From positions 192,001 to 256,000 of IMG/VR virus record IMGVR_UViG_3300045988_179014: 64,000 bases of DNA; one strand, 5' to 3'. The position numbers and the translations under genes are program-made. The stretch is from a virus. The notes under the pieces are model-generated. The model was not told where the DNA came from. It did not search any database and was given only the letters and a program-made list of their open reading frames with translations. Shown here one piece after another: positions 49,026 to 57,814 of the stretch. The first letter of the stretch is position 1. Each line of letters begins with the position of its first letter.

Positions 49026-49670
49026 TTATGAAGTTTGCATTGCAAGAATCCTTGGAATCACTGTTGCAGCAAACATTTCATCCTGATTCGGCAAGTAACC
49101 AGCAAACTCCTGTTTCAATGTTGTAACATCACCTTGAACCAGATTTCTGCTGGCATTATTCATCATGTTTTGTTGAGTTTTATGGTCAACCAGCCCATCG
49201 ACGTCCCACAAATTTTCGTCCATGTCAATAGCATAAGCATGGAATAAGATTTTCTCCATTTCTGGTATGGGGTCTCCATGTTCATCTAATACCAGCTGTT
49301 GTGTTTCTGCATCAAACAGTAGCACCTCAGATTCGGTTTCAACATACTCAACAGCTATCTGATTGGTCCCAAAATATTCAGACAATACTGTAGCCAATCC
49401 CAAACATTGTCCTTGTAGAAAAACCCGTCGAGCCTCATCGTTCAACTCCCCTGCCTTCAACTCAACTGTATCACCCCAATTGTCTTCTACAGTAAACATT
49501 TCAGTGTCATCAACAATTGTGGAGACAATATGGGAAGTAAAACAAGCATTGGAAGGATTAGTAGTACAATGATTACATGTTTCAGCTGTGGTAACAAAAT
49601 GCTCACTTGTTATAGAACAGCAAGATTGTGAATCGTATAGTTCCATGAGATTATGATTATTACCAGTCAC
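49026..49670 (-). CDS. Hypothetical acidic protein, 214 aa
   Basis: ORF track. Confidence 0.35.
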   Translation of the reverse strand: MTGNNHNLMELYDSQSCCSITSEHFVTTAETCNHCTTNPSNACFTSHIVSTIVDDTEMFTVEDNWGDTVELKAGELNDEARRVFLQGQCLGLATVLSEYFGTNQIAVEYVETESEVLLFDAETQQLVLDEHGDPIPEMEKILFHAYAIDMDENLWDVDGLVDHKTQQNMMNNASRNLVQGDVTTLKQEFAGYLPNQDEMFAATVIPRILAMQTS

Positions 49671-49801
49671 TAAATTGTCCTAATCAATTTTTAAATGTTA
49701 ACTATACAATCATGAGCTTGGATTTACTGTTTCCATACACGGAGTGGTTAATAATCAACCAGTAACTCGGATGGTTTCCACAGTTGCAATCTAGCAGATG
49801 A

Positions 49802-50263
49802 TTACAAGTCTACCACGATTTTGGCATTTTGAGGAATCGAGTGTCCATCCGCTCTTGAAATGGTTTGTTCAAAAGCACGTAAATCCATTGTGCAAGCTTG
49901 ATTGATGGGGACCCGTTTCAACTGCAAATGATAGACACCTTCAGAATCTTTGTTGGCAGAAACGACCTCTGGCAGACATGAACTGCTACCTTTGGAGTAA
50001 TATGTGATGACTCCATTTTTCACAACTGTTTTTCCATCGGTTTCATCATATATCCCTACTGTATATGATGGTTCTGAAATGATGTAATCAGGAGTATTGG
50101 TAGGAATTGGATGGGGTAGCGGTTCAGCAGATGGATTCATGCTGGCCACTTCTTCTGGTTTGTTAAACAATAATTGACCATACATATTAAATGCAACAAT
50201 AATCAGAATTACAGCCACCATGCTGGACAATACAATACCAATAATATGCTTCTGAGGAATCAT
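49802..50263 (-). CDS. Membrane-anchored (N-terminal TM) protein, 153 aa
   Basis: IIGIVLSSMVAVILIIVAF hydrophobic helix. Confidence 0.4.
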   Translation of the reverse strand: MIPQKHIIGIVLSSMVAVILIIVAFNMYGQLLFNKPEEVASMNPSAEPLPHPIPTNTPDYIISEPSYTVGIYDETDGKTVVKNGVITYYSKGSSSCLPEVVSANKDSEGVYHLQLKRVPINQACTMDLRAFEQTISRADGHSIPQNAKIVVDL

Positions 50264-50320
50264 GAATCTCTACCCAATTGTATAAGAATATTTGTATAAT
50301 AATTTTACCAATTGTATAAA

Positions 50321-51325
50321 TCATCGAGGTTTTACTATCAATGCCTCATCACTGAGATGTATGCTTGTTTCATATGACAATGGCTGATTGGAACTTATGA
50401 TTACTTCATCCCAGAAACGGTCACTTCCAGTACATCCACCATATGGTTCTCCCACATTGACAATAGTGACATGTGGGTAATCATCTTTTACCATTTGAAC
50501 TAATTTTGCATCAATGGTATTATCATAGGGCGCCCACACAATAGCCAAGTGTGTAATTGAGTCCCCGTATTTTCTCAATGCATCCTGAGCATCCATCTGT
50601 TCCAACCCTTGAGACAACTGCCAGGAATTATCATCCGTTCCAATGGTTTTAACCCCTTCATCTCGTAAGGCCTTCACCAGATATCCTTTACCTGCCATGG
50701 GGTCCAACAAAGTGCCATTTCCCACCACTCTGGCCAAAGATTTCGCAAACTTTCGTGTAACTTTGGCATAGTATCCTGTCTCACACAACAATGAATGAGC
50801 CATCGTACTTACTGCATAATTTTCCTGCATTTGTTTCGGCAGTTCATTTGGGATTTCACCGTTGATGATTTTTACGCAATATTCTTCAGATTCAACATCT
50901 AGAGACTCCCCCAATGATTCCAATGTTGATTTGATGTCATTCAAATACTCCAGTTTGTCTGAAGCTGGCGTTATGATGACTGGTTCAATCCAATCATTAT
51001 TTTTCTGGCGGGACATGGTTTTACAAGAAGTTCCTCCACATTGAGATTTCATACGTTTCTCAAATGCGACTTGTGCCGCTTGGAGTGTTTGGTAATGAGA
51101 ATCATCCGTATTTCGTGTTATGGGACAATTACCAGGTTGCGCATAACACCTTTTGGGACCAATGGCTGTAAGGTGATAAATGGCAGTGGTCATGGTTTCT
51201 CCTATTACTGTTAAGCATGCAGCAATGTCACACATAATACGAATTACAAACAACATATAGTTTCTAAGGCGATGCATAGTTGTATCCAATACTGGTACAA
51301 CATGCTGAGGTTTCACAACATCCAT
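50321..51325 (-). CDS. HCCH-like module fused to a Rossmann-fold SAM-dependent methyltransferase (possible DNA/RNA MTase)
   Basis: YHLTAIGPKRCYAQPGNCP...HY motif. The real start is probably the internal Met of MTTAIYH. Motif I LLDPMAGKG, acidic TIGTDD, WAPY (degenerate (D/N)PPY?). Confidence 0.45.
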   Translation of the reverse strand: MDVVKPQHVVPVLDTTMHRLRNYMLFVIRIMCDIAACLTVIGETMTTAIYHLTAIGPKRCYAQPGNCPITRNTDDSHYQTLQAAQVAFEKRMKSQCGGTSCKTMSRQKNNDWIEPVIITPASDKLEYLNDIKSTLESLGESLDVESEEYCVKIINGEIPNELPKQMQENYAVSTMAHSLLCETGYYAKVTRKFAKSLARVVGNGTLLDPMAGKGYLVKALRDEGVKTIGTDDNSWQLSQGLEQMDAQDALRKYGDSITHLAIVWAPYDNTIDAKLVQMVKDDYPHVTIVNVGEPYGGCTGSDRFWDEVIISSNQPLSYETSIHLSDEALIVKPR

Positions 51326-51476
51326 ATTCCCTTAGAACCTAGCAAAGTTATGTTACCAGTTATCGTACAAAGACTCAACACATGGAACTGTCAACATTGT
51401 TACAGTTACTTGGTTGTCAGTGTAATGTTTTGAGGCTTCTGAACCTCTACGTATCCCTCTATATGTTCAGATTCTT

Positions 51477-51821
51477 TCAGCAGCTTCCGCCACCAGCTGA
51501 ATTGCAATACTTTCCGTCAAATGCTGATTCTGGGATAGCGTTTCTTTCAAAAAAATACAACTCACGATAAAAATTCTCTCGTTCTGCATTTGTGAACAGT
51601 GTTCGTGGTAGGGAATGGTGCTCGTTCCGGTATCGATGACTCATTACAAAACTTCGTAATGCTGTTTTCAAGCTTTTAGCAACGCGGTCAGAAGATTTCT
51701 TGTTGCTAAAAGCTTTACTGACATCTGAACGAGCATGACGATATATTCGGTCCAAATAACGCCATTGATTGAAGCGTATGGCATTGTAATAAGATTTGTA
51801 CGGATTCCTGATAGTCACCAA
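51477..51821 (-). CDS. Hypothetical basic protein, 114 aa
   Basis: ORF track. Confidence 0.3.
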   Translation of the reverse strand: MVTIRNPYKSYYNAIRFNQWRYLDRIYRHARSDVSKAFSNKKSSDRVAKSLKTALRSFVMSHRYRNEHHSLPRTLFTNAERENFYRELYFFERNAIPESAFDGKYCNSAGGGSC

Positions 51822-51904
51822 ACCTGAAGCATGAAGGCCAACTTCGGAGGGAATGCCTTTAAGTAATTAATGAGCTAGGTTGAATATTGAGGTAATACGA
51901 ACAT

Positions 51905-52219
51905 CTACACCCTCGTTACTGAACACATGGTTAAAATCACGGTTTTGGATGTCGCTGTGATAATCAAAACATCTCGGTCACTGTCAGAATGATGCAGTCC
52001 GTAAACGCTCGAACCCAACAATCCATACCCCACAATATTGCCTTCCATTACCGGCAAAAGGCTTTTGTGGTGTTTCTGATAGTATCTTCTGCTGAGTTCC
52101 AACACCCATTCTGCTTCTGTCATTGTTGGTATTTTCAGAATCGGTTTCATAGGAGCATAAACTGTATTAGATTGATTGGGAATATCGTGCATAAAGGCCT
52201 CATAAATGATAAACAGCAA
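51905..52219 (-). CDS. Minimal nucleotidyltransferase (Pol-beta superfamily, MNT-like)
   Basis: GLLGSSVYGLHHSDSDRDVLI = GS..x..DxD nucleotidyltransferase motif. Confidence 0.5.
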   Translation of the reverse strand: MLFIIYEAFMHDIPNQSNTVYAPMKPILKIPTMTEAEWVLELSRRYYQKHHKSLLPVMEGNIVGYGLLGSSVYGLHHSDSDRDVLIITATSKTVILTMCSVTRV

Positions 52220-52297
52220 AATACTTGATTAAGGAGCTTATTAGAGATACAGTCCCACCATTGAAAGGAAACGTTTCAACAGTTGTTCAAACATAGG

Positions 52298-52346
52298 ATA
52301 TACCCCTGAATAAGCGAGAATATAGCGAGCTTATTCAGGGGTATAT
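52298..52346. promoter_or_regulatory. 18-bp perfect inverted repeat (atatacccctgaataagc ... gcttattcaggggtatat) with 13-nt spacer; no T-tract after it
   Basis: Seen directly. Lies between the two minus-strand genes 52372-52797 and 51905-52219. Confidence 0.5.
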
Positions 52347-52371
52347 ATGTATGACTAGCCAATAGTTGCGT

Positions 52372-52797
52372 TCACATGTTGAAGCACATAAGTAGATGAC
52401 CCTTACGAGCCTCCATGAACTCACGGAGTACTTCTGGGAGAATCAGATTATCATAGTAGGAGTCATTTGGGACATCATAAGCATTCAGAGCCGATTCAAT
52501 CAGCTCGTCAGTAATTACATGGTATGACATCCCGTCACCCAGTACTTCAGTTAGTTTTTCGATTGGGTCAGGGATGTAGCCACCATCACCTGAAAGAGCC
52601 GCCTTTAGAGTGGATAATGAACCAACCTCCATATATCCAGAAGACTGGGCGCAAAACTCATGCAGAAGTTCGCTATAATTGGAACCATGGCTGAACAGTC
52701 CAGGCAGAATTTCTTCCACACCTTCAACCATAGTGTCTAGAAGACGACGGTTGCCAGGAGTATCAAGATTTGTAACCATTGTGTAATCTGCTGACAT
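52372..52797 (-). CDS. Hypothetical acidic protein, 141 aa (candidate partner of the MNT-like gene)
   Basis: ORF track; adjacency only. Confidence 0.3.
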   Translation of the reverse strand: MSADYTMVTNLDTPGNRRLLDTMVEGVEEILPGLFSHGSNYSELLHEFCAQSSGYMEVGSLSTLKAALSGDGGYIPDPIEKLTEVLGDGMSYHVITDELIESALNAYDVPNDSYYDNLILPEVLREFMEARKGHLLMCFNM

Positions 52798-52872
52798 TCT
52801 GCCTAACCTCCAAACTTATGTGTTCTGTACATTTAGCTTAGAGAAGAAAACTACAGATGTCAAATTTGTTTC

Positions 52873-54063
52873 TTGGAGGCCCATCCTATGTATCACATCA
52901 ACGATAAAGACGAATCGAAACGCTGTTATGCCAAAAGCATGGAAAGGTGTCGATTCTACCGTGCTGATGACCCTCGACACTATGAAACCGCAGAAGAAGC
53001 CCAACAAGCAGCAGAGGAAAGGATAAGAAAGAAAGCGTTGAAAGAAGGGCATGGAACCACCAATTCCTTGAGTAAACGCACCATGAATGAACATGATGAC
53101 AAAGACATTAATTTTGCTGGAATGGAACGTGATGAACGTACTCGCCAAATGCAGGAAACTCTTGACCGTGAGGTTGAACAACTAATCAAAGATGGACGAT
53201 TGGCAAAATTCTTGGATGCGATGTCCAAAAATGGGGTACAGAGATGGAGCGCCAACAACATTCTGTTAGCAGCTCTGCAATTGCGCTCATATCGGAAACG
53301 AAACGGATTACCAGTTACCAACAATCTATTTGACACCATAAATGAACTTGATGCTTGTGGAGCCAAACAATGGAATGAACGAGGACGTAAAGTCATCTCT
53401 GGAAAAGGTTCAGCTCTTTACATTCTGGCACCATTACAACGCAAATATCCTGTTAAAGACGCTCAAGGTAATCAATTAGTGGATGAAAACGGCCAACCAG
53501 TCATGCAACGTTACACATATGGTTGGCGTTCTGTAGCTGTTTTTGATGTCAGTCAAACAGAAGGTGAACCAGTTCCTCAGAATCCACTACAAATGAAACC
53601 CGTCACTACAAAAATCAAATCGCAATATGTGGATGACATGAAGAATGTGGTTCAATCATATGGATACAAAGTCGTTCATGCGGAAACAGCGTCAGACCCA
53701 GAAAGATTGAAAGGAACTTTGGGCGCGACCAATCCCACCACAAAAGAAGTGACAATAGACCCTCGTTTATCAGAAGCGCAACAAGCGGCTGTTCTAGCAC
53801 ACGAATTAGGCCATATTGCAATGGGGCATTTGGATGAGGATATGCAGGAATATGTAAAACATAGAGGAATTAAGGAAACTGAAGCTGAGGCGCTTGGTTA
53901 CATGTTGCTGCAAAGAGCTGGACTTGGACCAAAGGAAGGCGCCGCATTCTCAGCTCCTTATGTTGCAGGTTGGTCTAAAGGTGATATGAGTATGGTGCGT
54001 ACAGCTTTGAATAAAGTCACTAGTCGTTTCGGTAAACTGATGGATATATTGAAATGGGATTGA
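52873..54063 (+). CDS. HCCH-like module fused to an ArdC-like antirestriction protein (ssDNA-binding N-domain + HExxH metallopeptidase)
   Basis: N-terminus MYHINDKDESKRCYAKSMERCRFY..HYETAEEAQ; C-terminal AVLAHELGHIAMGH zinc-metallopeptidase motif, as in ArdC. Confidence 0.55.
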   Translation: MEAHPMYHINDKDESKRCYAKSMERCRFYRADDPRHYETAEEAQQAAEERIRKKALKEGHGTTNSLSKRTMNEHDDKDINFAGMERDERTRQMQETLDREVEQLIKDGRLAKFLDAMSKNGVQRWSANNILLAALQLRSYRKRNGLPVTNNLFDTINELDACGAKQWNERGRKVISGKGSALYILAPLQRKYPVKDAQGNQLVDENGQPVMQRYTYGWRSVAVFDVSQTEGEPVPQNPLQMKPVTTKIKSQYVDDMKNVVQSYGYKVVHAETASDPERLKGTLGATNPTTKEVTIDPRLSEAQQAAVLAHELGHIAMGHLDEDMQEYVKHRGIKETEAEALGYMLLQRAGLGPKEGAAFSAPYVAGWSKGDMSMVRTALNKVTSRFGKLMDILKWD

Positions 54064-54076
54064 GATAGGAAAGATT

Positions 54077-54223
54077 ATGGCAATTAGTGTAACAATTGAA
54101 CTACCTGATGGGGAAGAGAAAACATTCACAGGAGAAACTCAAGAAGATGTTGAGAATGAGATTGATTTATTCTTTTCACAAGAGTACCCTGAACCGGAAT
54201 CTGAAGAAGAATACCCCATTTGA
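54077..54223 (+). CDS. Small acidic ORF (48 aa) after the ArdC-like gene
   Basis: AGGAAAG SD then ATG; D/E-rich product; below the ORF-track threshold. Confidence 0.3.
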   Translation: MAISVTIELPDGEEKTFTGETQEDVENEIDLFFSQEYPEPESEEEYPI

Positions 54224-54242
54224 GTAGATAACTTAAAACAAT

Positions 54243-54277
54243 AAGAACCCACTGATGAAAAATTCAGTGGGTTCTTT
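54243..54277 (+). terminator. Rho-independent terminator (13 bp stem aagaacccactga / tcagtgggttctt, then T-run)
   Basis: Perfect hairpin directly after the plus-strand genes and before the convergent gene 54317-54928. Confidence 0.6.
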
Positions 54278-54316
54278 ATGTCCCTAGTTGAGTGATACCT
54301 CATATCTTGGGAGAAA

Positions 54317-54928
54317 TTAACACATTCTAGCCCAGTTGTTTGGACGTTTGTCTTTTGTTACGTCCCATTCCGTCAACTCAGGGCAATCATCCAATACATC
54401 AAAGTCCATACTGTTGTTGTAAACTTGTGCCAAATTTTTGAGCGCAACTCGACGACGCTCGCGTGATGTTGGTGCTGGATGTCCACATGAAGGATATGAA
54501 CAATGATGACGCTGACGTTGTGAAACAACAGGTCGACATTCAGCACGTAATCCAGTACGAGTATCCTTTCCAGTTCTTGCATCATAATGAGCGATATCCG
54601 TACAATACGGGTTCACTTCTTGCGTGCGTTCACGATATACAGCGAACGCAATTGATTTAGGTCTGATTACGTCATTGTCAGCATAAATATTGTAATCAAT
54701 GCGTGCTGGTAGCTCCTTTTCCTCGTAGAAATATTCAGAACCTAGGTTATGTAAAAATTCGCGATATTGCGCCAAGGTTTTGGCATCAGCTTTTGGAATG
54801 ACAATAGATAGTTCGTTCATTTTTACAATGGAACGGTATGTATGACCTAAACATGAGTGGTCATGATGAATATGTCCTGACTTCATTGTACGTACATGGT
54901 AAGGAATATCTTTCTCTGTTCGAGACAT
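54317..54928 (-). CDS. Hypothetical protein, 203 aa
   Basis: ORF track. Confidence 0.35.
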   Translation of the reverse strand: MSRTEKDIPYHVRTMKSGHIHHDHSCLGHTYRSIVKMNELSIVIPKADAKTLAQYREFLHNLGSEYFYEEKELPARIDYNIYADNDVIRPKSIAFAVYRERTQEVNPYCTDIAHYDARTGKDTRTGLRAECRPVVSQRQRHHCSYPSCGHPAPTSRERRRVALKNLAQVYNNSMDFDVLDDCPELTEWDVTKDKRPNNWARMC

Positions 54929-55119
54929 TGGAACTCCTCTCAGTCCTATTTATCAATGAAACTCTGGGGCTAGAATTGATGTCCAACAGCGAAACATCAT
55001 GAATCCAGTCTTTAGTTTCTAATCGACCAATGAGTCAACCTACAAAAACGTATGGGATTATTCTAACACACTCTCACGATTAACAAAAAATCTGACACAC
55101 TATTACAATAGTTCAACAA

Positions 55120-57084
55120 CTACCGCCTAACCATCGTATTGGATACATCATGGATTTCTTCATGGTCAACTGGGGTAGGGACGAACACCCCATTACGATG
55201 CAAAGAACTCTGAAAATTATACAACGCTTTCATCATCATTACCGTATCAGCTTCAGCAGCGTGTGCATCCACATATGGTACTCCATTGTCTTCTGAAAAC
55301 GACTGCAATGAGTTGTCAATAGATGTAACCATAAGATGAGATGCAATTTGTTTAGTATCCAAAATCAACAAACTACCATCATCCAACGCTTCAGCAAACC
55401 CTGGAAGATTCACTGCCAGAAACTCTTTTTCAAATGTGGCATTATGAGCTACAAGCACTGCACCATGAAGAGCGTCCCAAATAGCTGTCACATTGGCTTC
55501 ATCCTCAAATTCCGGCTTGTTTGCCACCATATCAGGAGTAATACGATGCAAAGACTCCAGTCCCACACCTACTCCATCAATCACGTCAGCACTTATCCCG
55601 TGAAGAGTAGACAGCAATGTTTCCACATTACCATCTGGAGACAAACGGACAATGGCGGTTTCCAAAATACGCCCTTTAGCAGGAGACGCTGCACTCGTTT
55701 CCAAATCAATACCAACTATAGGCTGGGTGCGGATTGACGGATTGTGCGCAGCGTACACAGATGTCAAAACTGATTGAATCTGTGTGGGGGAATAACTAGT
55801 GCCGTCTTTCTTGACTTTGGTGAAAGCATCGCGTACAACTTGATAACAATGCTCCACCGTATCCCCAGAGTATGCTGCTACTTTGTACGCCCAGTCTTTC
55901 ATATTGACACTCTTTGGGAACCCTTTATGAATCTTCTTTGCAAAACGATTCACCCCAGCCGCCAATTCCTCTTTGATGGTCTCTACTTCATGCCAGAATT
56001 CGGCTGCTGCGGTTTTCATGTGTTCCCACTCTTCAACAGCTCGTGGGTCATCCATGTTGAAGTGGTACTCGCGATAGTCATAATCATCCAAAACAGCTAC
56101 CAAAGTAACCGTTTTCAAACCAGCCAATCCCGCATACCAAATGGCTTGCTGTCGATACCCAACTGGCATTCCTGCAAAGCCATCTTCAGTGTCTCCCCAT
56201 TTAGAGCTATTGTGAACGCCTGTTTTGATTTCTACGATACCAACGGGAGTATTGGTATCATCAAGCTCTAAACCGTCAAAATTTGCATGACAGTGGGAAA
56301 ACTCGCCAGTCCCGGCCCATGAGGTTTTACAGAAAGCGATGCGTTTCCCAGAGTTCTTCATGTACATATGTCGGATAGCTTCTTCCCAAGCATTTCCCCG
56401 CCCTACAGCTGTTCGTTTGTCAAGACGGGAGTCATCATCAACAGGAAGAATGGACAATCCAACTTTCTGAAGAAGCAATGAATGATAATCTCGTGCTCCA
56501 TATTCTGGGTTGGATTTCAGGATTTTGTGGATATCTGAGCCACCAATGCCATTGTTACGCGCATGATGCCACTCAGCGCTACCAGAGACATAATCCCCTA
56601 CTGCTACCAAAGACCCAATGGTATCTTTGGTGTATGCCAGGAATGTCCCCTCCTCACGTTGTTGCTGTTCACGAATACGCGAAAAAGCTTCAGCCGCCAT
56701 AGCATTGAACGCTTTGTACTCATCAATATTTGTGTTCAGCAGCGATAACCGCTCAAACACTGAACGGTAGGGTAGCGTTGCTTCACGAATAGCAACATAT
56801 GACTTTCTTTTAGTTCCATCCTCATATGGAAGATACCCTTTTGCTCGTTTGATGTTAATGAGCAGATGTCGAAGTACTTTGTAAAAATTGCCCCTAACAT
56901 CAAGGGCGGCCTGGAATTCTGGAGTGTTACTACGTTGGAACACCCACCTCATGAGTACATCTGGGTCCTGTTTTTCCAGTAATTGGTCCAGTTCTGAAGC
57001 CGTACCCTCAGAATTGAACTCTGCTATTGACACTGGCCAATCCAAAACCTCAGAAAGGCTGTACTCAATGTCGTTGTCTGTCAT
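55120..57084 (-). CDS. Fusion protein: YqaJ/lambda-Exo-like PD-(D/E)xK exonuclease domain + C-terminal DnaQ-like DEDDh 3'-5' exonuclease
   Basis: GSAEWHHARNNGIGGSDIHKIL (YqaJ signature); IVGIDLETSA, HNATFEKEFL, HAAEADTVM (epsilon-like Exo I/II/III). Confidence 0.55.
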   Translation of the reverse strand: MTDNDIEYSLSEVLDWPVSIAEFNSEGTASELDQLLEKQDPDVLMRWVFQRSNTPEFQAALDVRGNFYKVLRHLLINIKRAKGYLPYEDGTKRKSYVAIREATLPYRSVFERLSLLNTNIDEYKAFNAMAAEAFSRIREQQQREEGTFLAYTKDTIGSLVAVGDYVSGSAEWHHARNNGIGGSDIHKILKSNPEYGARDYHSLLLQKVGLSILPVDDDSRLDKRTAVGRGNAWEEAIRHMYMKNSGKRIAFCKTSWAGTGEFSHCHANFDGLELDDTNTPVGIVEIKTGVHNSSKWGDTEDGFAGMPVGYRQQAIWYAGLAGLKTVTLVAVLDDYDYREYHFNMDDPRAVEEWEHMKTAAAEFWHEVETIKEELAAGVNRFAKKIHKGFPKSVNMKDWAYKVAAYSGDTVEHCYQVVRDAFTKVKKDGTSYSPTQIQSVLTSVYAAHNPSIRTQPIVGIDLETSAASPAKGRILETAIVRLSPDGNVETLLSTLHGISADVIDGVGVGLESLHRITPDMVANKPEFEDEANVTAIWDALHGAVLVAHNATFEKEFLAVNLPGFAEALDDGSLLILDTKQIASHLMVTSIDNSLQSFSEDNGVPYVDAHAAEADTVMMMKALYNFQSSLHRNGVFVPTPVDHEEIHDVSNTMVRR

Positions 57085-57227
57085 GGAACCTCCAAATCTA
57101 CCTCATACCATTACACCATTCAAACACTGTGGTGTCAAATTGACTGATTCAACTTTGAATCATATGGAACCATGATTTGGTATTCTGAAATCAACATGAA
57201 TACAATACAAGGAATAATGGCAATACG

Positions 57228-57710
57228 ATGATTGAAGCGGTTATTGGACTTGGAATAGTCACTTTGGTGATGATACTAGTATTGTTGCTTTCTCTCTGGT
57301 CAGAACAGCCAGCAGAAGAAACAGGAGTAACTCCAACACAAACTCTATCAACCTCAAACAGTAAGTCATTATCTGACCAACTAAGTGTTTCTGTTTCATC
57401 AGTTCAGGAAGAGAATGAACTGAAAATTATCTCATTAAGCCTTGAAAATTTAGGTACTACCAGTTTGCATGTTGGTGTCACCAGAGTTGTTGGTATTATT
57501 GGCAGTCATCAGAAACAATTTGGTGAAAATGGCGTTCCTGACCGGTTAACAATTGTTTTGGCTCCTTCAAGCATTGAGGTGTTGAATGTGGGATTGGATG
57601 ATTACCCACAAACCACAGTTGCCATGTTGATAGAATTTGTGAACTTGAATACAATAAAACATGGGAAACTGTCATCGCGTGATTATTTGACCAAAACATT
57701 CACATTTTGA
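57228..57710 (+). CDS. Secreted/membrane-anchored protein, 160 aa
   Basis: N-terminal hydrophobic segment VIGLGIVTLVMILVLLLSLW. Confidence 0.4.
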   Translation: MIEAVIGLGIVTLVMILVLLLSLWSEQPAEETGVTPTQTLSTSNSKSLSDQLSVSVSSVQEENELKIISLSLENLGTTSLHVGVTRVVGIIGSHQKQFGENGVPDRLTIVLAPSSIEVLNVGLDDYPQTTVAMLIEFVNLNTIKHGKLSSRDYLTKTFTF

Positions 57711-57814
57711 TGCCATTACGAGGTGAACGATTTCCACATCTATACTAATATGCAGTAGTTTTCAACATACTAAAAACTTATTGGAGGCAAAACAACTACA
57801 ATGTTGGAAACACT

